64,000 bases of DNA from Candidatus Latescibacterota bacterium (GTDB lineage: Bacteria; Latescibacterota; UBA2968; GCA-2709665): assembly GCA_965203805.1 (NCBI GenBank), contig OZ241917.1:2848001-2912000 (forward strand). Reading direction: 5' to 3'. Shown piece by piece: positions 9,260 to 18,469 of the stretch. The notes beneath the pieces were generated by a model, which saw only the letters and a list, made by a program, of their open reading frames with translations, was not told the DNA's origin and did no database searches. The position numbers were made by a program, and so were the translations under genes. Each line of letters starts with the position of its first letter. Within the stretch, counting starts at the first letter, position 1.

Positions 9260-11746
9260 ATGCCCGGCTCGTGGAGTAAGGCTATGAAAAACCTGACCTG
9301 TCGTTGCGGCCCCTACCGTCCGGTCCGACTGTGTGTCTGGCTGTGGGTTCTCGCAGTTGCCGTGGTGCCTGAAACACCCGCGGGTGAGCAGTCTGAATCT
9401 TCCATTCGACCTGCCGCGCGCGACTCCCTGGTTTCCGTGTCCGAACAACACGTGCATTCGGGTGATTACGCGGAAGCTGCCCGGATTCTCGGGCAGCTCG
9501 TCGAGGCATTTCCGAAACACGTCGACCTCCTGACGCGCCAGGGGAACGCCCTGCTGAAAGCGGGGGACTTCGAATCCGCCATCATTGCATTTGAATCGGC
9601 GAAGAAACTCGACTCCGACCTTCCAGGCACGTACGTGGGGCTCGGACTCGCCAGATTACGAAACTCGGGAAGAGGGTTGGAGGCGTTTTTCAACTTTCGC
9701 CAGGCCGTGGGTGAAGCCAGGACCGCCATCGAGATCAACGCCGCATACGGGCCGGCATACCGGCTCCTGGGGGAGGCCTACGGACGATTTGAAGAAGACC
9801 ACGAAAAGGCCCTGGGCTACTATTCGACGTACATCGAGCTGGAACCCGACAATCCCGAAGGGCGCTACGAATTCGGACTTTCGCTGGTCCAACTCGGGCA
9901 ATTCGACAAGATCGACGAATACATTACCCCCTTAATCGAGACGCACCCGGCGGAAACCCGGCTGCTTCCACTGGCCGCGCAGGCGCATTTCTACCTGGAA
10001 CGGTTCGGACGGGCCCTGGAGCACTTCGACCGGTATCTGCAGACGCTGGACCCCGAGGAGCGCAGTCTCTATACAGACATCTCACTGGTCGCCTCCGCGG
10101 AGGAACTCGAAGCGTACCGGGCCGCCGCAGGAGAGGAAAAGGAGACCTTCCTCAAAAGGTTCTGGCTGAAGAGGGATTCCGACATCCTGACAGCGATCAA
10201 CGAACGGGTCATCGAACACTATCGCCGCGTCTGGTACGCCCGGACCTTCTTCGCGACGGGCGCCAGCCCCTGGGACAAACGCGGTGAGGTCTACATACGT
10301 TACGGAGAGCCCGATTTCCGGTCCCGGTCAACCCGCAGGCAATTTGTGCAGAATCCGAAAGTACAGGCCGTCCGCGACCGGATGGCCGTGGCTCTCTACG
10401 GAGACGAAGCCGCGCTGATGACGTTTACAGGCCCCGTGTTTCCGGTTCGCGCGAATCGCAGCCACCTGGAGGCCACGCTCTTCGACGAGAATGTCATCGC
10501 GGATGCAGCCGGCGCGACAACGGCTGACGACGACGTTGGCGTCGACGCCTCCCAGGTGTCAGCGCAGGCGGAAAACGAATACAACCCCATGGACATGATC
10601 AGGGAAGACAGCCGTTTCGACGAGTTCGGGAATCTGAATACCCGCCTCAATTTCGGCGGGTACGCCCCGGTCACACTGGACAATGAGGTCGGAACCGTCC
10701 CCTGGGAGACCTGGACGTACACACGTATCGGGAACGGCATGGAATTCACATTTACCGACGAGCGAGGTACCGGCGCGTTCGACTTCGCGCCCATCCCGCC
10801 ACCATCGCTGGACACGGACGTTTCGCGGCTGGCCCGGTTTACGGAATACGCCCCGCGCGTGGTTTTTCGCAACGCGGTCTCCCGCATGCCCGACGTCTAC
10901 CGTCCCAGGTTTCACCATCCCCCGCTGGACTTCTACTTCGATCTCGCCAGTTTTCGGGCTCCGGAGGGCGGGACCACGCTGGAAGTCTACTACGGGATAC
11001 CCGCCGCACAGGTGAGGGTCGGACAAAGGCGCGATGTGTCGTACATCCAGGTCAGGTGCGCGCTTGCCCTGGCCCCGGCGGATTACAGCGTTATCCATCG
11101 AACGTCTTCCAGCCGCGCCTACAGGGTCGCGAGCGATTTCAGCGGCGCACAGAAAGCGTTTATGCCGGAGCTTCTCAAACTCCAGGTCCCGCCCGGGAAA
11201 TACGACCTTCAGGTTCAGATCAAGGATCTGCTTTCCGGCCACAACGGCATCTACCGGCAGACGGTGGATGTGAAGGAATATCCCGAGGACCGGCTTCGGA
11301 TCAGCGATATTCAACTCGCCGCCACGATTGGTGAATCGAAGCTGCAGGAGCGTTTCAAGAAGGGAGACGTGTGGGTTGTGCCCATGCCAACCCGGAACTA
11401 CCGGGGCGCCCAGCAGGTATTCGCATATTACGAGATATACAACCTGAAGAAGGACCGTTTCGGCCAGACGCGCTTCAAGGTCAAGTACGTTGTGCGATAC
11501 GTCTCGAAGCCCATCCGAGGGGCGCTCGGCTCGGTGGCGTCCGGTCTCCGCTCGCTATTCAGAAGCAAGCGACCCTCGGTCTCGATTTCGTACGAACACG
11601 AGGGTACCGACCCGAACGAGCAGGGTTACCTGGAATTCGACCTCGACAAGGTGAAACACGGCGTGAATGTGCTTGAAGTCGAAATAAAGGATCTTGTCAG
11701 CGGCAAGAGCGAGGAACGCGAAATCCGCTTTCAGTACGGCGGTTGA
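9260..11746 (+). CDS. TPR-containing GWxTD-domain exported protein
   Basis: N-terminal hydrophobic stretch, TPR-like helices, FW..RD...NE...EHYRRV.YA...F....WDKRGEVYIRYGEPD motif. Confidence 0.82.
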   Translation: MPGSWSKAMKNLTCRCGPYRPVRLCVWLWVLAVAVVPETPAGEQSESSIRPAARDSLVSVSEQHVHSGDYAEAARILGQLVEAFPKHVDLLTRQGNALLKAGDFESAIIAFESAKKLDSDLPGTYVGLGLARLRNSGRGLEAFFNFRQAVGEARTAIEINAAYGPAYRLLGEAYGRFEEDHEKALGYYSTYIELEPDNPEGRYEFGLSLVQLGQFDKIDEYITPLIETHPAETRLLPLAAQAHFYLERFGRALEHFDRYLQTLDPEERSLYTDISLVASAEELEAYRAAAGEEKETFLKRFWLKRDSDILTAINERVIEHYRRVWYARTFFATGASPWDKRGEVYIRYGEPDFRSRSTRRQFVQNPKVQAVRDRMAVALYGDEAALMTFTGPVFPVRANRSHLEATLFDENVIADAAGATTADDDVGVDASQVSAQAENEYNPMDMIREDSRFDEFGNLNTRLNFGGYAPVTLDNEVGTVPWETWTYTRIGNGMEFTFTDERGTGAFDFAPIPPPSLDTDVSRLARFTEYAPRVVFRNAVSRMPDVYRPRFHHPPLDFYFDLASFRAPEGGTTLEVYYGIPAAQVRVGQRRDVSYIQVRCALALAPADYSVIHRTSSSRAYRVASDFSGAQKAFMPELLKLQVPPGKYDLQVQIKDLLSGHNGIYRQTVDVKEYPEDRLRISDIQLAATIGESKLQERFKKGDVWVVPMPTRNYRGAQQVFAYYEIYNLKKDRFGQTRFKVKYVVRYVSKPIRGALGSVASGLRSLFRSKRPSVSISYEHEGTDPNEQGYLEFDLDKVKHGVNVLEVEIKDLVSGKSEEREIRFQYGG

Positions 11747-11902
11747 CGGACAGCCGCCGCGTGATTCAGACGATCATGGCGCTCGGCAGGGTCTGCGTGG
11801 TGCTGAAGACGCGCCGCAATCGTTCCATTACTGTGCTACCACCATCCGGACGAGGACCCACCCCGGTTTTCTTCTGCACGCTAACGGGAAGATTTGTCTC
11901 CG

Positions 11903-11931
11903 TTGACGCTTGGTGTTATATTTGCCATCAT
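11903..11931 (+). promoter_or_regulatory. Putative sigma70 promoter with imperfect palindromic operator for the relE/XRE operon
   Basis: TTGACG-17 nt-CATCAT, with TGGtgttatatttgCCA between the boxes. Confidence 0.45.
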
Positions 11932-12290
11932 ATCCCATTAGAAGCAGAGATACCCGGCCGATCTCCTGGATCAGGGCGGCCCGTAAAGCTTTCAACAGCT
12001 TTGCCCAGGGGCCGCAGAGCGCGATCCTGCGGGCGCTGACGGTCGCGGCCGAAGGCCGTAAAGCCGACATCGCCAAACCTCTGAAGGGTTTCGGCTCCGG
12101 CATATTTGAAGTGGCAATCAAACACCGCACCGATGCGTATCGGGCAGTCTACGCTGTACGATTCAGGGAGCAGATTTGGGTCCTGCACGCCTTCAAGAAA
12201 AAGGCGGGGCAGGGCATCAAGATCCCAAAGAAGGATATCGATCTGATCCGTGAGCGGCTAAAGCGATTGAAGAAGGAGTTACGGCAATGA
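11910..12290 (+). CDS. RelE/ParE superfamily (Gp49/HigB-like) toxin; start codon uncertain, possibly lost
   Basis: TRPISWIRAARK..AKPLKGFGSGIFEV..DAYRAVYAV..IWVLHAFKKK; no ATG near the expected N-terminus. Confidence 0.82.
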   Translation: MVLYLPSYPIRSRDTRPISWIRAARKAFNSFAQGPQSAILRALTVAAEGRKADIAKPLKGFGSGIFEVAIKHRTDAYRAVYAVRFREQIWVLHAFKKKAGQGIKIPKKDIDLIRERLKRLKKELRQ

Positions 12291-12619
12291 GTACAACAGA
12301 AGACGATTTTGAGTTGGTGCATGGCAGCGGCAATGTTTTCCGCGACTTCGGCCGCGCTGACGCCGACGTACAGCAGACCAAGGCGCTTCTGGCTGCTCGC
12401 ATCATCGGCATTCTTGACGACGAAAGGCTTTCAACGCGCAAGGCCGAAGGGCGCACCGGTATCAACCATGCGGACTTTACTCGCATTCGCAACGTTCAGC
12501 TTGACCGCTTCACCATTGACCGTCTGATGACCGTCCTCAATAAACTCGGCCAGCACGTAGACGTACAAATCAACGTTCATCCGCGTGTGGCCGCTGAAGA
12601 AGTGCCGGCGCGTCGTTGA
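12287..12619 (+). CDS. XRE-family HTH antitoxin (HigA-like)
   Basis: GSGNVFRDFG..K..LAARI...FTIDRLM, overlapping the toxin stop codon. Confidence 0.88.
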   Translation: MSTTEDDFELVHGSGNVFRDFGRADADVQQTKALLAARIIGILDDERLSTRKAEGRTGINHADFTRIRNVQLDRFTIDRLMTVLNKLGQHVDVQINVHPRVAAEEVPARR

Positions 12620-12708
12620 GAGCCTTGTCACGTTCAGCTTGAGCTATTACAGGGAGCACTCTACAGTTTCCATTATTACACACCATTGACCGGGCACCCT
12701 GCGCCGCT

Positions 12709-12792
12709 CCCTGAGCCGTTGTCCTGAACTTGTCGAAGGGTTGTCGAAGGGTCAAAAAGGTACCGAAACGCGGGCGCTTCGACAAGCTCAGC
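12709..12792. repeat. REP-like inverted repeat cluster
   Basis: CCTGAACTTGTCGAAGG plus a second TTGTCGAAGG and the inverse CTTCGACAAGCTCAG. Confidence 0.6.
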
Positions 12793-12874
12793 GTCCCGTT
12801 CGGGCAAGCCCCTTTCCACCTTAGCAGGAGCTTGAGACGTCAACTATCTACTGCTCCTGGCAATAAGGGATGAT

Positions 12875-13621
12875 GTGATGACTGTGAGCAAGAGATACAA
12901 ATGGGCATTATTGTCCCTTGTGGCCCTTATTGCTGTCATCTGTAGATCGGGAGTGCTCTGGGCTCAAACTTGCGGACAGCTTCCACCTCGTGCCGATTTC
13001 AGCCAGCAAAGGCTTGCCGTCAAGTTATCCGGAAACTGGGAATTCTTCTCCCCCAATCCGGCGGGGCCAGCATACTTGATATCAGTCTCGGGAGCCCAGA
13101 CCCTCTGCCTCGCCTGGGAGGCCCCGCCGTACCCGCGCAAACGAAAACAGATTGTGTACACCAGCACTCAGTATCGAAAGAACCAGCCGATCTGGTTGTG
13201 GAGAAACAGCGCGCTCCAGATTCCGATTATTGGCACTCTTGTAGGTAACTGGAATAGAACTCCGGATTCTTTGGGACGCGATCCCGTGGAGACGTTCACA
13301 ACGTTCCATCGCGGTTTGCCCGGGAAGGTGGACATTACGCCGTGGAAGGTCTTGGCGGACTGGCACGACACTTCGGCATGGATGCCTAACCAGAGCAGTT
13401 ACAAAGTGGTTTCCGCCGCTTTGAGAAATATGGGGGACACTCTGCCTTACGGTACAGAAAGACTGTTGACGTTGAAAGCGGCACGTCCCCTAAGTTCCTG
13501 GGTTACGTTCACAACCTACACACCGTCGCCTCAGGATCAGCTTCTTGTGGCTGTGACATTCAGTGGAGATCTGGACAGCCGGGGACCACGGGTTTACCGC
13601 TACACCTTCGAGGTCCGGTGA
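12875..13621 (+). CDS. Hypothetical exported protein
   Basis: 248-aa ORF with signal-peptide-like N-terminus, AAGGGA RBS and lower GC than neighbours. Confidence 0.65.
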   Translation: MMTVSKRYKWALLSLVALIAVICRSGVLWAQTCGQLPPRADFSQQRLAVKLSGNWEFFSPNPAGPAYLISVSGAQTLCLAWEAPPYPRKRKQIVYTSTQYRKNQPIWLWRNSALQIPIIGTLVGNWNRTPDSLGRDPVETFTTFHRGLPGKVDITPWKVLADWHDTSAWMPNQSSYKVVSAALRNMGDTLPYGTERLLTLKAARPLSSWVTFTTYTPSPQDQLLVAVTFSGDLDSRGPRVYRYTFEVR

Positions 13622-13627
13622 TTTAAG

Positions 13628-14134
13628 ATGAAGGATATGACGGAACTCAAGAAAGTTCGAAAAACTCTGGATGATTTCGCGACTCTGCTTACCCAGGAGA
13701 TTGATCATCAGGATCTGCCGACATCCCTGAAAGCGGCCACCAGAGCCATCGGGCTTAGCACCCTCCCCGGCGTCGGTCTCGTGATCCGGCACGGAGTCGG
13801 CACTGCGGCCGAGATAGCAGGAACCAGCCTTGTGCTGGTGCTGAGCTGGATGGTGTTCACAGCCATCCTGTCCCGCGAGAAGAAACTGGCGATGGCGCGA
13901 AACCTGAACCTGCTATCATTTTGGATAGCCGCGACGCTTGTCTTCGTTTTTTTAACCGACCTTCTTTTTGACGACCCCCTCGAAAAGATGATCCGCTTCC
14001 TGAGTGTGGCTGGCGGGTTGTTTGTGTTTGTTCCGGTTCACCTGATCCGGAGTGCCCGCTCGTGGTCAATCTTGTGGCGGCTCCCGGCCCTGTGGCTCAC
14101 GATGGGCTACCTGGCGTGGAGCGTATTTTACTGA
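13628..14134 (+). CDS. Hypothetical multi-pass membrane protein
   Basis: 168 aa with about four hydrophobic segments, 6 bp after the previous gene. Confidence 0.65.
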   Translation: MKDMTELKKVRKTLDDFATLLTQEIDHQDLPTSLKAATRAIGLSTLPGVGLVIRHGVGTAAEIAGTSLVLVLSWMVFTAILSREKKLAMARNLNLLSFWIAATLVFVFLTDLLFDDPLEKMIRFLSVAGGLFVFVPVHLIRSARSWSILWRLPALWLTMGYLAWSVFY

Positions 14135-14336
14135 GGTTCGACGTATCACCAATCCCGGCCGGTTGAGCGAGGCTGGGTCCAGAAGCTGAACTCTTCGAGT
14201 TGCCACGTGCATCGCGCCGGAGAGAAACTCTTCACTCCTCAATCTGATCAAGCAGCAGGTAAAGAATAGCACCTTGTGATCGTAATCGTCGGAACGCCGG
14301 GGAGATCGGACGTACCAGTAACTGATGAGATTGGAT

Positions 14337-15920
14337 ATGAAACGTCGCGCTGGATCCGCCATGGTCGCGGCGGTCGCCATCCTCGCGGTGCTCGCACGCC
14401 AGGAAACGCCGGCGCAGACCGCCGGGTTCGATCCGGAAGCCCTGGCGAAGCAATTCGTGGGCTTCGACGTCTCGCGAAACGCGGGAAAGGGATATTCCGA
14501 GAGCGCGAGTTCCGCCACGCTGGCGTGGGGCGAAAGTTACTACCTGAACGCCTACGTAAAGATGTACCGGACAACCCGGTATACACGGTGGCTGGACAAG
14601 ATCGTGGACCACTTCGACCGGATGGTCGCCAATATGAGCGACCACGACGGCGACGGCATCCCCGGGTGGCACACGGACCGGTATTCGGTGTCCCGGATGC
14701 GGGCCCGGGCGTTGCACAACCGGGGGACGGCGTCGATCAGGCCGGAAGAAGCCACGGTTACGAACATCGAGCAGGCCCACGAAGCGATCGACGGGGAGTT
14801 CATCGTCGAGCGGGTCGCATCGAACCGGTACGTGGTGCGGGACCTCACCCGTTCGGTAGTGGTCTATGACGGTCCATATTCTCTGGGCCAGGATATCCCC
14901 GGCATTCCGGGGTTCAAATTGCGCCTGGACAGGATCCCCGAGATCGGAGACAAGTTCCGGGTGGAGACGTGGGCGGTGCGTCCCCTGGAATACGCCGTGC
15001 ACGAGGGGATGATTCTGTACCCGATCGCGCAGTTTATCGAACTCGCCCTCAGGGACGATAGTCTGAAGGCGCGCTACGAGGAAAAGGCGCGCGATTACCT
15101 CGATCTGATCGAGGAGCGCGTGTTGAGAAAGCAGGAGCGCTACTGGGTACAGATGGCGCCCGGCATGGGGGCCTACCGGTTCACCGAATCGTCGGCCGAA
15201 CGATTTCCCAACCGCATCCTTCCGCATAACCAGTACCTCGCGCTCGGCCGCGTCTACCTGGTGCTGAAAGACGTTTCGGACGAGCCGCTGTTCGAGGAGC
15301 GCGCCGCCCAGATGGCCGCGTTCTTCAGGAATTCCTTGAAGGAAACGGGCGATGCGTATACCTGGGCTTATTGGGACTGGGTCGAGGCGGGCAGGCCGGA
15401 TCAGAGCGGCACGGAGGACACGAGCCACGGGCACATCGACGTGGAGTTCGCCGTCGAGGCCTACCGGCGTGGCGTGGTCTTCACGCGGGCGGACATGCTC
15501 CGGTTCGCCGGGACGCTCACGGACCAGATGTGGAACGGGTCCCTCTCGAACCCGAAGATCGGTTCCCGCGTGGACCGGCAGGACGGAGACGCGACGATCA
15601 TTCGCGGCTGGATCGAGCTCTGCCGGTGGGACCCGCGGATCTGGGACATCTACTGGGCGCTGTTCGACCGCATCGGCAGACCCGGGCTGGAAATTCCGCA
15701 CATCCTCTACACCAGATCCGTGCTCGACGGCCCCCCCGAGCTCAAGTCGCCGGACTTCAACGGCGACCGAACGGTTGACTTTCAGGACTTCCTTGCGTTC
15801 GCGCGGCACTTCGGTTCGACGTCGGACACCGGTTCGTTTGACGAAAGGTTCGATCTGGACGGCGACGGCAGCGTCAACTTCGCGGATTTCATTGCCTTCG
15901 CCGCTGCATTCGGCGCCTGA
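14337..15920 (+). CDS. Secreted alpha/alpha-toroid-like (glycosidase/epimerase-like) protein with C-terminal dockerin-like module
   Basis: Signal peptide; WGESYYL..Y..MY..T...RWLD, HEGMI, PHNQ, EDTSHG motifs; terminal DFNGDRTVDFQDF...DLDGDGSVNFADF. Confidence 0.65.
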   Translation: MKRRAGSAMVAAVAILAVLARQETPAQTAGFDPEALAKQFVGFDVSRNAGKGYSESASSATLAWGESYYLNAYVKMYRTTRYTRWLDKIVDHFDRMVANMSDHDGDGIPGWHTDRYSVSRMRARALHNRGTASIRPEEATVTNIEQAHEAIDGEFIVERVASNRYVVRDLTRSVVVYDGPYSLGQDIPGIPGFKLRLDRIPEIGDKFRVETWAVRPLEYAVHEGMILYPIAQFIELALRDDSLKARYEEKARDYLDLIEERVLRKQERYWVQMAPGMGAYRFTESSAERFPNRILPHNQYLALGRVYLVLKDVSDEPLFEERAAQMAAFFRNSLKETGDAYTWAYWDWVEAGRPDQSGTEDTSHGHIDVEFAVEAYRRGVVFTRADMLRFAGTLTDQMWNGSLSNPKIGSRVDRQDGDATIIRGWIELCRWDPRIWDIYWALFDRIGRPGLEIPHILYTRSVLDGPPELKSPDFNGDRTVDFQDFLAFARHFGSTSDTGSFDERFDLDGDGSVNFADFIAFAAAFGA

Positions 15921-16020
15921 CGCGCGCGGCGCTACATGACGTAGCGGGAACGGAGAAACCGGACGACGACGACCGCGGGGCCGCCTGACGCGTACGTAAA
16001 GACAGATACGGAGGACGAAA

Positions 16021-18453
16021 ATGCTGAAATTAAGGGTCTTGCAGGCCGCAGTCAACCGGGTGCGGCTGGGAGTGGACCTTGCCGGTCAGACGGGAGCCCG
16101 CATATACAGGTCGCGCCGCGCGGCGGGTCCCTATGAAGAGGTCGGGGTGGCGTTCGAGGAGACGTACGACGATACGGCGCACCTGGAACCGGGAAAGACC
16201 TGTTACTATCTCGCGGCGGAATGGCGCGCCCCCAGCCTGATTCCGGAAACGAACAGTCTCAAGGGGGGCGACCCGCTACGGGTTGCGGTACCCCGGTCGC
16301 AGAAAGAACGGCGTTCGGTACTGACGGAAAAGCATGCGGAATTCACGATTTCCATGGGCGGGTACCTGGACGAATCCAATTCGGTCACCGTGGGCCCGGA
16401 AGTCTACTGTCCCGGTCCGAATTCGAGCATGCCACCGTACGACCAGGTCTTCGAGCCCAACCAGTACGTGGTCATCGAGAACCTGGGAGAGACCGACGTG
16501 GAGAACCCGTGGGTGGTGGCCAACGGGCAGCGGGACTGGTGGTCTGCGGAAACGATGACGAAAGAGATCGCCGGCATCGCCGGGGGCGGGCGGCTGGACG
16601 ACCGGGACAAGATGATGGCGATCTGGAAATTCGTGGTCGACGAGCTCTACGACAGCCGGATCGGACTGTCCTGGTTCGACCAGACCAGCGACCCCGTCAG
16701 ACTCTTCAATGTCTACGGTTTCGAGGGCTGCGTCGCCAACGCGATCACGAGCCGCCGCCTCGCCGAACAGATGGGCGTGAAGAGCCGGGAGATCTGGCTG
16801 GGCGGCACCATCGACGGATACGGGCGCGGGCGCAGTTGCGGGCACGATATCTTCGAGGCGTTCGCGGACGGGAACTGGCATTTTCTGGACACGGACCTGA
16901 TGGTGTTCTTCCTCAAGCGGGACAACAGGACGGTTGCCGGCTCCGAGGACCTTTCCCGGGATATCGACCTGCTGCGCCGCTCCCACCGCAACCTCGGCCT
17001 GTGCGGGCGAGACCTGCCCGAGAAGGACTATTACTACACGCCCTTCCGGGAGGGTCAGTACGTGTATCCCCCCAACAAGGGCGGCGCGTGGATGGACGCC
17101 GCGGGGAAGATAAAACAAACGCCGGGCGAATACCCTCCGGCGCAGACGATGGCGCTGCGGCTGCGGCCTGGGGAAAAACTCGTCCGCTACTGGGACAACG
17201 TTGGAAAGAACGTGATCCGGGGGAAGCGTCTCTATCCGACGGTAAGATATTCCAACGGGAAACTGGCGTACCGGCCCGACCTTCGGGGCCCGCATGCATT
17301 GAATGGGACAGAATCGGCGATCAACGTCGCGCAGGAGACTTCGGGGAGACGCGTCGCCCTGCATCCGGAAAAGAAAGAGGAGGTCTCGGAGGTGGTGTGG
17401 CGGGTGGCGTCGCCCTACGCGATTGCCGGGGCGCGGTTGGGCATCCGATGTCGATGCGATACGCAGGAAGACGGCCTGGAAGTCCTGTTTTCCAAAGATG
17501 GAGAAGACTGGCGGTCCTTGTGGGTCGCCATTGGACGGCGCCTGGACGCCTGCGTGGACCTGGACTGGTACCTGAACCCGGCGCTGAACGACTGGCGCGG
17601 GGAGACCGACCTCGGATGGCGGATGGGGCCATGTTACCAGTACTACGTCAAGGTGGCCATGTGGGCGGGGTCCCGGCCCCAGGCGGTGGGTCTGGACGCG
17701 ATCCGTTTCGATACGGATATCCAGTGCGCCACGCGGTCTCTGCCGTCGCTGTTCTGCGGCGACAATACGATCGCCTATCGGGACGACACTCCGGGGCCGC
17801 GGAAGGTGCGTGTGACGTACGGATGGCGCGAGGAACGGTCGATCCGTCCGCCCGGAGCGCCCGGGCTGATTTACCCTGACGATCGCGCCGACGTCGACCG
17901 GATGGATTTCGAATTCCGGTGGAAGCGCCCCCGCGGGGGCAGCGGAAACGTGGACGATTACCACATCCAGGTCAGCCGATACGCGGATTTCAGATGGAGC
18001 GTATGCCCCGCGTTCGACCGGTACGTTGGAAGGACCGCTTACGCCGGTGGGACGAAATGGCAGGCGGAGTTTCCCAATCTGTTGAATCCGGACGACGTCT
18101 ATTACTGGCGCGTGCGGGCACGGAACGAAAAGGGCGTGTGGGGAGACTGGAGTGAAACGCGTTCGTTCGTGCCCCACGGCCCGTGTCTTCCGGTGGACCT
18201 CAGGGTTGAGGGCCGGGGCCGAAAACGATCGCTGGTGTGGTCCGCAAACCAGAACGGGAACCCGGCGGTGCGCTATCTGGTTCACGGGTGCCGGGAGCCC
18301 GGCGGATTCTCCGCGACAGATGAGAATCTGTTGTGTACCGTCGATGAAGCCCGCTGGCCGCTGGACGACGCGGAGAAGGGGATGTCCTATCGGGTCGTGG
18401 CTGTGGATGCCGGCGGCGTCCCGAGTACGCCGTCGGAATACGTCACCGTGTGA
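16021..18453 (+). CDS. Transglutaminase-like domain protein with fibronectin type III domains
   Basis: Candidate Cys-His-Asp triad (GFEGC, GHDIFE, WHFLDTD); Fn3 signatures YYWRVRARN..GVWGDWS and YRVVAVD..G..S.PS. Confidence 0.65.
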   Translation: MLKLRVLQAAVNRVRLGVDLAGQTGARIYRSRRAAGPYEEVGVAFEETYDDTAHLEPGKTCYYLAAEWRAPSLIPETNSLKGGDPLRVAVPRSQKERRSVLTEKHAEFTISMGGYLDESNSVTVGPEVYCPGPNSSMPPYDQVFEPNQYVVIENLGETDVENPWVVANGQRDWWSAETMTKEIAGIAGGGRLDDRDKMMAIWKFVVDELYDSRIGLSWFDQTSDPVRLFNVYGFEGCVANAITSRRLAEQMGVKSREIWLGGTIDGYGRGRSCGHDIFEAFADGNWHFLDTDLMVFFLKRDNRTVAGSEDLSRDIDLLRRSHRNLGLCGRDLPEKDYYYTPFREGQYVYPPNKGGAWMDAAGKIKQTPGEYPPAQTMALRLRPGEKLVRYWDNVGKNVIRGKRLYPTVRYSNGKLAYRPDLRGPHALNGTESAINVAQETSGRRVALHPEKKEEVSEVVWRVASPYAIAGARLGIRCRCDTQEDGLEVLFSKDGEDWRSLWVAIGRRLDACVDLDWYLNPALNDWRGETDLGWRMGPCYQYYVKVAMWAGSRPQAVGLDAIRFDTDIQCATRSLPSLFCGDNTIAYRDDTPGPRKVRVTYGWREERSIRPPGAPGLIYPDDRADVDRMDFEFRWKRPRGGSGNVDDYHIQVSRYADFRWSVCPAFDRYVGRTAYAGGTKWQAEFPNLLNPDDVYYWRVRARNEKGVWGDWSETRSFVPHGPCLPVDLRVEGRGRKRSLVWSANQNGNPAVRYLVHGCREPGGFSATDENLLCTVDEARWPLDDAEKGMSYRVVAVDAGGVPSTPSEYVTV

Positions 18454-18469
18454 GCGCCAAGGGTGAACC

